This document shows, piece after piece, positions 11,390-21,730 of a stretch of DNA of 64,000 bases (within the stretch, counting starts at the first letter, position 1; each line of letters starts with the position of its first letter). Location of the stretch: contig CM059432.1 in NCBI GenBank assembly GCA_030390025.1, positions 75,952,001-76,016,000 of the forward strand. Reading direction: 5' to 3'. The position numbers and the translations under genes are program-made. The notes under the pieces are model-generated. The model did not search any database and was not told the DNA's origin. It was given only the letters and a program-made list of their open reading frames with translations. This stretch comes from Squalus acanthias (taxonomy: Eukaryota).

Positions 11390-12505
11390 TTGTGTCATTA
11401 TAAGTTCAAGCTCTTGGAATTGAAGGCAAATTATTGACCTGGTTAGGAAATTGGCTGAGCCAGCAGGAGACAGAGAGTTGGGATAAAGGGCAGGTACTCT
11501 AATTGGCAGGATGTGACTAGTGGTGTCCCGCAGGGATCTGTGTTGGGGCCTCAACTGTTCACCGTATTTATTAATGACTTAGATGATCGGATAGAAACCA
11601 ACATATCCAAGTCTGCCGATTACACAAAGATAGGCAGCAGCAGTGTTATGGAAGCATAAAATTACAAAGAGATATTAATAGATTAAGTGAATGGGCAAAA
11701 CTACGGCAAATGGATTTCAATGTAGGCAAATGTGGGGTCATCCAATTTGGACCTAAAAAGGATAGAACAGAGTACTTTCTAAATGGTGAAAAGCTAGAAA
11801 CAGTGGCGGTCCAGGTACATAGATCATTAAAATGTCATGGACAGGTACAGAAAATAATCAAAAAGGCTAATGGAATTCTGGCCTTTATATCTAGAGGACT
11901 AGAATACAAGGGGGTACAAGTTATGCTACAGCTATACAAAACCCTGGTTAGACCACACCTGGAGTACTGTGAACAGTTCTGGGCACCTCCCCTTAGGAAG
12001 GATATATTGACCTTGGAGAGAGTGCAGCGTAGATTTACCAGAATGATAGCTGGACGCCAAGGGTTAATTTACAAGGAGCGATTCTACAAACTAGGGTTGT
12101 AACCCATGGAATTTAAGGTTAAGGGATGATCTCATTGAAGTTTTCAAGATATTAAGGGTAACTGATAGGACAGATAGAGAGAAACTATTTCCGCTGGTTG
12201 GGGAGTCTAGGACTAGGGGGCATAGTCTAAAAATTAGAGCCAGGCCTCTCAGGAGTGAAGTTAGGAAACACTTCTACATGCAAAGGGTGGTAGAAGTTTG
12301 GAATTCTCTTCCGCAAACAGCAATTAATGCTAGGTCAATTGTTAATTTTAAATCTGAGATCGATAGATTTTTGCTAGCCAAAGGTATTAAGGGATATGGA
12401 GCAAAGGCAGGTATATGGAGTTAGGTCACAGATCAGCCATGATCTCATTGAATGTAGGACAGGCTCAAGGGGTTAAGTGCCCTACTCCTGTTCCTATGTT
12501 CCTAC
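11390..12505 (+). mobile_element. 5'-truncated CR1 LINE (RT 3' part and tail)
   Basis: [10 protein letters not shown] and LYKTLVRPHLEYC motifs; ends in a TTCCTATGTTCCT tail. Confidence 0.9.
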
Positions 12506-14958
12506 ACTTAGCACCACACACAGTTTTAAACACACAAAGCAGTTAATAGCCCACATGGTCCAAAATGGTTCCAATTTTGAAAGGTGCAACCCCGTGAATC
12601 TATTTTCCTTTTCATGAGTCCCTCCCTGGTATTACCACTTACCAAACTTGCTAAAAATTAATATTCAGGAGCTTTAGTCATGTCCCTTCAGCAATGCTGA
12701 GAGATTTAGTATGAACAATTTACACTATCTACTTTAAAACAGAAATCACTCTTGATTCAATGTTACTCAACACTTGCAATTCACTCAAGATCCATAATAG
12801 AATTTTTCTTTTTTATAAAAAAACACTCAATTCACATGAAAAATTAAAACATGCGGAAAACTTTTGTGTGTGATCCACTGGTATTTAAAACAAAATACTT
12901 CCAAAAATCAGAAGATTTGAGTACAGTATTGACAACTGTGTGTCCTGTTCTCCACTGTCACTCATAAAAAATCAAAATGTCCATACATAAAAATTAGCTG
13001 GCTGCCTGCTCTTTAGTTTTTTTTGATAACTGGTGCCTTTGTTTCCTGGTTTGAGCTGTTGTTCTCCACTGCTGATCGTCTGCCACCCGCCCAGGTTTGC
13101 TCCACTATTGTCTGCTGTCCTCTGCACTTTGCGTGGTGATACACTAAGCTGAGGCTGTGGCATCTCCCAGCAGAAGGGAGGGGAACATTGGAGAAACCTA
13201 TCACACCTTGGATGGTCTCTGGTGCATTTGGTGGCTTGCTAGGGAGGGGAGAGAAAGCACAAGAGTTATTCCTTGGGGCATGTCTTGTGTCCTCTCAGCT
13301 GCATGCAATGGGCTAGATAGACAAAAATAGGGTAAAACTAAAGGGGAAAAGTTAACAGAGTGCACCAATGAAGTCATTTTGAATGAACAGCAACAGAGGT
13401 AGTGTGGTCACATGTTGAAAATACGTCCCAAAAAAATGGTATCACGTGTGTTAACACCCTGCTTAAGGCCGTATTCATTGTATTAACTTTGCCACGAAAC
13501 TCATGACTTTTTTTCCATTTTTGATTATTTTAGTACTTAAAAGATTATAAGATAGATTGTACTCTCTGGGCACCTAGTGTGTGCTTGACAGGTGCAGTGT
13601 GCCTCCGGTGCACTGAGCCTGTTATCAGGGAGGAACACGCATTTGTCCTTCTTTGGTCGGCTGGACCATTCACATGACCTGGGACAATTCCAAGCACAGA
13701 CCCGCCCCCTGGCTGGCCCTTGCACCTGGAAAACAGGGCACATTTGAAGGCAGCTGCAGGAATCTCAGGCTTGTAGCTGCATGTCAGACCTCTGAAATTG
13801 GGGCCTTCTCTCTACAGCTGTTGATCTCTAAGATCAACAGCTAGGAAGCCTCAATTGCATCAAAACATCCTGGGGAAGGGATCTTAATATAATAAAAAGC
13901 ACTTGACCTTCTGACTACAATGTGCCCTGGGACCCCCGCTAGCCATTCGATTGGCAGAGATCCAGGGGTGGCACCTCTGTGCTGGGGCACAGAGTGAGCG
14001 GCATCCCAGGAAAATGAGGCAGGAGGATGGGAATGTTCCCTTCCAACTCATCAGAATGACAACACAGGGCCTGCACTAACTACAGGTGCAGGCCCAGTTG
14101 TGTCAGTAAAGGGAATTCCAGGAAATCCCAGGGCGGCACAATGGGAGTGGACACCTGACATTGGGGGAGGTTTTAACTGGGAGAGGAGCCAGCATGAAAC
14201 CCACCGCAACGTCATCAATTTGAGTCCCTGGCTATTTGAACTCCTGGGCTTCATTTACATCCTGCTGAAAGCGCAAGTTTGGCCAGCTCTCAGGACCCCA
14301 GTTTACATGTATTAATGAGAGTCCTCCCTGATTCAAGTGGGCACCTCAGCTATCTAAAAAAGGACCCATTTACATTGGCAGCGGGCGGGAATGCAGCAGG
14401 GACGGGCAGAAGCGAGTTTGCGGTGGTGATCTTATCTGCGCGGCTGCCCTGATCCTGCCGGGCGGGGTGGGCTAAAATCGGCCCCAATGGATGTCTGCTC
14501 TTTTCTTCTCTGCTGATTCCCCAGGTACAGGGCAGGGGAAATTAATTATTAATCTTCTACTAAAAGAAGATAATGCTTACCGAAGATAAACTTAATGCAA
14601 ACCGCCAAACAAGAATCAACGACAATACGCTCTTAGAAAAAAAAATCGCGGTTACCCAAGAAAATTAAGATTACTGATGTCGATAAAACATTATATCACC
14701 AACTCTGCTCAGTAAAACTCCTTCTCTACTCTCGGAGAACAAATTTTTAATTGTGTCCTCTGCCTGCTTTTGTGTCAACACTCTGCCCTTTGCTAAATTA
14801 TTTTCCAAAGGAGTGCTTAATCAGCTGTGGTTATTGCAGTACATTAAAAAAGGATGATGTGGGATCTAATGATAATCAAGAATGAATTATACTGTTATTT
14901 AAAATGTTTGTATGCTTTGTATTTCAGTATTTTCATTCATGGTGTAGTACTTGTACAT

Positions 14959-15112
14959 GGCCTAGAAATTCGTCTCGAACAGTGGCGCAAAACGGGCGGT
15001 ATCGGATCGGCCGCCTGTAATACGCAGCGGCTGATATTCAGGCACTGCATATAATGGGCGGATGATCCGATACCGACCGTTTTGCGCCACCACCGAGACG
15101 AATTTCTAGGCC
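14959..15112. mobile_element. 154-bp foldback MITE (Harbinger-type TIR)
   Basis: Perfect 19-bp TIR GGCCTAGAAATTCGTCTCG, extending imperfectly to ~55 bp. No clear TSD. Confidence 0.8.
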
Positions 15113-15476
15113 GCAGAGTTTACACCATCTAATGCGACCTTGCATATTCACAAATTTAAGGCTATAGTTAGGTTTGGCTTCTACAATCTTACAGGTTGAC
15201 TACAGTGCAGAAAGACACTATAAATTTGTTTTACCAAACATTAATGTAACTTTATACAAGTTTATTTCTTGAAAAACAATAACAGCCTTTTACTAATCAG
15301 TAACCTGAACTGTGTTCCTATCTAATATACCCTTGTCTATTGTCAATTTACAGTCTTAACAGTAGTTTACTCTTATCAAACAGCAATATACATCTACCAG
15401 AGATATTATCTGCCCAATGCACCTTTTACTTCAGGTATTTTCTTATTTAACAATAGCAGCTTCTTACAAAACAGGA

Positions 15477-15930
15477 ATGGTAATGTCACTGGGCCAGTAA
15501 TCCAGAGGCCTGGACTAATGATCCAGAGATGTGAGTTGGCTGCTGGGGAATTTAAATTCAGTTAATTAAATAAATCTGGAATTTAAAAAAAGCTAGTATC
15601 AGTAATGGTAACCATGAAACCATCGGATTGTCGTAAAAACCCATCTGGTTCACTAATGTCCTTTAGGGAAGGAAATCTGCTGTCTTACCTGGTCTGGCCT
15701 ATATGTGACTCCAGACCCACAGCAAATGTGGTTGACTCTTAACTGCCCTCTGAAATGGCCTAGCAAACCACTCAGTTGTAACTAACCGCTACGAAACAAA
15801 ATAATAAGACACGGACTGCAGCGGTTCAAGAAGACGGCTCACCACCACCTTCTCAAGGGCAACTAGGGATGGGCAATAAATGCTGGCCTTGCCAGCGACG
15901 CCCAGATCCCATAAAATGAATTAAAAAAAA
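15477..15930 (+). mobile_element. tRNA-derived SINE
   Basis: tRNA-like head (B box partly deleted in this copy), central body, LINE-derived 3' tail with AATAAA and an A-rich end. Both ends are homologous to the LINE at 41708-44885. Confidence 0.85.
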
Positions 15931-16429
15931 TATACTGGATAGTGATTGAATTTTTGTGTTTTGTCACTGATCATAACTGAATGGATACCTTAATAACTGT
16001 AATCCTTCCATATCATGATATAGAAGTTAGTGGAGAATTAAAAAAATCTATTTTAAAAACAAGACTTACTGATTTACAGTTTAAAAATTTCCCAACAGCC
16101 TACTAACGCAGCTTATCGGGGTCAAAACTCCAAAGGTGCCAACTGTAAACATGCAGTGTACAAAGATCTTTACAAGTTTGAATGTTTTTTTTCTCTCTCA
16201 GTAGTTTTCTGGGCTTGCAGTAACTTGCACTTCTTACCAGACAGAAATATACTCGAAATACAGGAAAGCACAGGCTCACAAAAGACACTCCAGTCTATCT
16301 GACCAGTCCCAAAAACTAATACTCAACATCTCAAATGATTTCTAACCTATCTAACACGCTCCTGTGAAACAGTACTGTCCTTTTTCTCCCAGTTATTTTG
16401 TAATCTAGCAGTAAGATCTTTTGACCTAA

Positions 16430-16850
16430 CAAGGCCGCCCTCTTATCTCAGCAAGCAGTGGTGCACTTATTTCCACGGGTGATTCTCTATCACCGCCTTG
16501 TGTCCGTCTGCGGCGTCTCTTACCGATGATGGGCCGTTGGTTGAGCTGTCCGAGCGGGGCGGCTGAAAGTCGGTCCCAGAGCAGAAAGAGGGCGACACAC
16601 AGCAACACTGCAAGGGTGTGCGGGCGGGGAGCCGCCATCCCAACCGCGGAGTAACCGGGCGTCCGCGACTCCTCTCCGCTGTCCCCCAGGGGAACTGCAG
16701 TGCAGTAACCATAGAAACAGCATCAGTCCGCGGCCCGGCAGCAGGCTGGAGACTGCGCACCGCGCTGCCTAGTCCAAGACTTTCCGCAAGATGCAAATTC
16801 ACATCAAATCATGTCTGCGGCGACTTAGCAAGCATCTTAAGCGGCATAAG
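16430..16850 (-). promoter_or_regulatory. CpG-rich GGH promoter/exon 1 region
   Basis: Locally GC- and CpG-rich around the start codon; X-box-like GTAACCATAGAAAC at 16705-16718; octamer ATGCAAAT at 16791-16798. Confidence 0.65.
16524..16638 (-). CDS. GGH: Gamma-glutamyl hydrolase coding exon 1 (signal peptide)
   Basis: MAAPRPHTLAVLLCVALFLLWDRLSAAPLGQLNQRPII+G|GTAAG, 115 nt. Hydrophobic leader followed by the RPIIG motif (human KPIIG). Confidence 0.95.
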
Positions 16851-16869
16851 TACAACCCCAATAAAATAA

Positions 16870-17977
16870 CGAGAAGTCGCACAACACCAGGTTATAGTCC
16901 AACAGATTTATTTAATTTTACAAGCTTTCGGAGCAGTTCGCTCCTTCGTCAGGTAAGTTTAGCAGTGAGAGAATCTCCCAGAATTCACAATTTAAACACA
17001 GACAAAATATATTCAAATCTTTCCCACATCAAAGAGCATAGCCAAGACAATGAGATGTGTCCCAGGGGGTCCAACGTGTCAAACCACCTGCTGGCTGCAT
17101 ATCCTGTCAATCTGTGTAGGTTCTTGTGTTAGCCTTTTTTAAAAAAAAACACCTGGGAAGACCGGCCATGATGTCAAGTCACGTTCTGTATCGTGACATG
17201 AACCCGATATCGCGATTGAGGCCCTCCTCATGAGTGCGGAACTTGGCTATCAGTTTCTGCTCTATGATTTTGCGCTGTCGTGTATTTCGAAGGCCGCCTT
17301 GGAGAACGCTTACCCGCATATCCGAGGCTGAATGCCCCTGGCTGCTGAAGTGTTCCCCGACTGGGAGGCAACCCTCCTGCCTGGCGATTGTTGCGCGGTG
17401 TCCGTTCATACGTTGTCTCGGTGTCTGCATGGTCTCGCCGATGTACCATGCTCTGGAGCATCCTTTACTGCAACGTATCAGGTAGACAACGTTGGCCGAG
17501 TCACATGAGTATGTACCGTGTACCTGGTGGGTAGTGTCCTCACGTGTGATGATGGTATCTGTGTCCATGATTTGGCATGTCTTGCAGAGGTTGCCGTGGC
17601 AGGGTTGTGTGGTGTCTTGGTTGCTGTTCGCCTGAAAGATGGGTAATCTGCTGCGAACGATGGTACTTTTGAGGTTAGGCAGCTGCTTGAAGGCGAGTAG
17701 TGGAGGCGTGGGGATGGCCTTAGCAAGGTGTTCGTCGTCATCGATGACATGTTGAAGGCTGCGAAGAACATGGCGTAGTTTTTCCGCTCCGGGGAAGTAC
17801 TGGACGACGTAGGGTACTCTGTTGGTTGTGTCCCGTGTTCGTCTTCTGAGGAGGTCTATGCGGTTTTTCGCTGTGGCCCGTCGGAACTGTCGATCGACGA
17901 GTCGAGCGTCATATCCCGTTCTTACGAGGGCGTCTTTCAGTGTCCGTAGGTGTCCATCGCGTTCCTCCTCGTCTGAT
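16870..17977 (-). mobile_element. Penelope-like element 3' part (GIY-YIG endonuclease and terminal repeat with a hammerhead motif)
   Basis: ORF ending at 17179 contains NVVYLIRC...WYIGET...RQRMNGH...GLN; the terminal repeat at 16870-16955 is shared with 25764-25931. Confidence 0.92.
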
Positions 17978-18109
17978 AAAATAACAATCGGGACACATGT
18001 TTGCTCACGCATAATGCCATTGTGTATCTTCTTTCAACAGATTTGTGTTTACAGATGCTCAGCCAGCTTTGAAGAACAAGCATTGAAGATAAAAAATATA
18101 TACAAACTA

Positions 18110-21100
18110 TAGTAGAACACAGCAACAGGAGTAGGCCATTCAGCCCCTCGAGCCTGTTATAAAGTCATAAAGGCACAGAAGGAGGCCATTCAGCCCATCG
18201 AGTCCGTCCCAGCTCTCTGCAGAGCAATCCAGTCAGTCCCATTCCCCCGCTCTATCACCACAGCCCTGCACGTTTATTTCCCTCAAGTGCCTCTCCAGTC
18301 TCCTCTTGAAAATATTGGCCCAGAAATTCGCCTCTCCGGCTTGCCGCGGGGGTAAGGATCGCGCGCACACTTACCTACCGCGTCTGCCGTTCTGCTTCTG
18401 GCCCACGGGGACTTCAGCTCCTGGGCCTGCTGCAACTGCCGGCGCACAGTGCTTGCGTGTCCCAGGTGCGTAGTTAGTGCGATGCGTCCCCTGGGATCAC
18501 GTGGGCCATGGAGAGCCAATGGCAGCAGACCATCTTTCATTCATAGATTTCACAGGAAGACCTGTCAAATCAATGAATTGAAATCAGCTCCAAAAGAACA
18601 GCTAAACTTCAAATAAATTTTAAAAAAACGCATCACATTTTTAAAATAACTATAAGTTAAATAAATTAACTACTTTAAACAAAAATGTAAATTTTTGAAA
18701 AAATTAAAATACTTTTTAACGGTGCTAAAAATGAACTTACCTTTCTTTAAAGTATCTAAAAAAGATAAACCTGTTGAAAAAATTTTTAAATTATAATAAA
18801 TTAACCACTTACCTTGTTGAAAACGGGTCCTGTGCCTCCTTTTTAAAAGCGCAGGTTCTTCAATACTTACCCTCCCGGAGAAACCTGAAAAAAAACCTAA
18901 GTTTGCTGCGTGCGCGCAGCCTCTACCGCGCACGCGGTTCACCTCTGAACCGCTCCCTTCACGAGACCGGAAGTTCCGGTTTCCCGCGCATGCGCAGTGC
19001 ATGCAGGAAACCTGCACTTCAGGAGGCCTTGCGGGTGAGTACACAGTGCGTACTCACCCGGCAAGTGCCGAATTTTTGGCCCATTGAGTGTCTCCGCTTC
19101 CACCACGTCTGTCGGCAGAGAATTCCAGGTCATCACCATTCGCTGCGTAAAAACGTTTTTCCTCACATCCCCCCTGTATCTCTTGCCCAAAACCTTAAAT
19201 CTGTGTCCCCTAGTCCTTGTACCATCAACTAGTGGGAACAGTCTTTCCCTGTCAAGCCTATCCAAACCTGTCATAATCTTGTACACCTCTATCAAATCAC
19301 CCCTCAATCTCCTTTGCTCTAATGAAAACAAATCCAGCTTCTCCAACCTATCCTTGTAGCTAAGATCCCCCATCCCCGGAACCATTCTGGTAAATCTCCT
19401 CTGCACCCGCTCAAGGGCCTTCACATCCTTCCTAAAGTGTGGTGACCAGAACTGGACGCAATACTCCAGTTGTGGCCTAACCAGCGCTTTATAAAGGTTC
19501 AGCATAACTTCTCTACTTTTGTACTCAATACCTCTATTTATGAAGCCCAAGATCCTATATGCTTTGTTAACCACTCTCTCAATATGTCCTGCCACCTTCA
19601 GGGACCTATGCACATTAACTCCCAGATCCCTCTGTCCCTGCACACTCTTTAAAACTGTGCCATTAAGTGTATATTGCCTCTCCCTGTTCCTTCTGCCAAA
19701 ATGCATCACCTCACACTTCTCTGTATTAAATTCCATCCGCCACTTGTCTGCCCATTCTGCTAGCCTTTCAATGTCCTGTTGCAGTCGATTGGTATCATCC
19801 TCACTGTTTGTCACACCCCCAAGTTTGGTGTCATCGGCAAATTTAGAAATTCTACTCTGTATTCCAATATCCAAGTCATTTATATATATATATCAAAAAA
19901 AGCAGTGGCCCCAGCACTGACCCTTGGGGAACACCACTGTCTACCATCCTCCAGTCTGAAAAACAGCCATTTACCACAACTCGCTGTTTTCTATCCTTAA
20001 GCCAATTCCTTATCCAAGCTGCAACCTATTCCATGAGCCTCAATTTTGTTAACTAGCCTTCTATGTGGTACTTTGTCAAACGCCTTCCATTGCATTCCCT
20101 TCATCAATCCTCCCTGTTACTTCGTCAAAAAATTCAATTAGATTCGTCAAACACGATCTGCCTTTTACAGATCCGTGTTGGCTCTCCTTAATTAGCTTAA
20201 ACCTCTCCAAATGCCCGTTAATTTTTTCCTTGATTATTGTTGTTAAACTGACTGGCCTGTAGTTACTAGGATTGTCCTTACACCCTTTCTTGGACAATGG
20301 TGTCACATTTGCCACTTTCCAATCCTCAGGCACCTCCCCCGTGTCTAGGGAAGATTGGAAAATTATAGCAAGCGCTTCCGCCATCTCCTCCCCCAATTCC
20401 CTTAGCATCCTGGGATGCAAGCCATCTGGACCAGGCGACTTATCCACTCTAAGCATATAACCAGCCTTTCTAGTACATCCTGTCTATCAATTTTTACCCC
20501 TTCCATTGCTTCTACCTTTTCCACTTCTACCGGTATTTTGTCAGCATCCACCTCCTTAGTAAACACTGATACAAAGTACTCATTGAGTATTCTAGCCTTG
20601 CCCTGCACCAGTAAGCATATATCACTATCTTTGTCCCTAATAGGCCCCACCCCGCCTCTTCCTACCCGCTTACTGTTTACATGCTGGTAGAAGATTTTTG
20701 GGTTCCCTTTTATGTTAACCGCATTCTACTCTCATATTCTCTCTTTGCCAATCTTATTTTCAACTTCACTTCCCCTCTCAACTTACTGTATTTGGTCTGG
20801 TTCTCCCTTGATGAATTCACCTGACATGCATCATACACCCACTTTTTTTGTTTCATCATCTTCTCTATCTCACTCGTCATCCAAGGAGCCCTTGCTTTGG
20901 TTCCCTTACCCTTCCCTCTTATTGGAATGTACCTAGCCTGCAATTGGAACATCTCCTCCTTAAAGATCACCCATTGTTCCATTACAGTTTTTCCTGTCAG
21001 TCTTTGGTTCCATTTTACCCTGGCTAGATCCTTTCGCATCCCATTGAAGTTAGCCCTATTCCAGTTTAGAAGTTCCACTGTAGATTGTTCCTTGCTCCTC

Positions 21101-21350
21101 TCCATTGCTAATCTAAATCTTATGATACGAAGATCACTCGTACCCAAGTGTTCTCCCACAGACACTTGGTCAACCTGGCTCACCTCATTCTCCAGCACCA
21201 GATTCAGCAATGCCTCCTTCCTAGTTGGTCCAAGAACATACTGGTCAAGGAAATTTTCCTGAACACATTTCAGAAATTCCTCCCCCTCCTTTCCCTTTAC
21301 CCTAGCATTATCCCAATCGATGTTTGGGTAATTAAAGCCCCCCAATATCA
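18110..21350 (-). mobile_element. Decayed CR1 LINE (ORF2 fragments) with a MITE in its 3' end
   Basis: APE C-terminus and RT motifs in ORFs 18939-21420; 3' end nearly identical to 57190-57797. Confidence 0.9.
18317..19082. mobile_element. Harbinger-type MITE inserted in a CR1 3' end
   Basis: TIRs GGCCCAGAAATTCG / GGGCCAAAAATTCG with ATT TSD; the empty site is visible in the CR1 copy at ~57345 (gaaaacATTgagtg). Confidence 0.88.
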
Positions 21351-21730
21351 CCACTGTTCTGCCATTTAGTGGGATCATGGCTGATCTGTATCCTAACTCC
21401 ATCCACCAGCCTTGGCTCAATATCCCTTAATACCCTTAGCTAGCAAAAATCTATCAATCTCAGATTTAAATTTATTAATTGAGCTAGCATCTGCTGCTTT
21501 TTGTGAGAGAGGGTTCCACACTTCTACCAGCCTGTGCATGAAGAAGTGTTTCCTAACTTCTCTCCTGAATGGACTGGCTATGATTTTAAGGTTATGTCCC
21601 CACCTGCAGAAAAAGCTTCACTCTATCTACCATAGAAACATAGAAACATAGAAAATAGGTACAGGAGTAGACCATTCGGTCCTTCGAGCCTGCACCGCCA
21701 TTCAATGCGTTCATGGCTGAACATGCTACC

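Noticed and set aside
13570..14490. GC-rich MITE-like segments (also ~2470-3130, 9950-10460, 46220-47070, 56880-57190)
   Set aside because: Probably Harbinger-type derivatives, but both ends could not be defined, so they are not listed as features.
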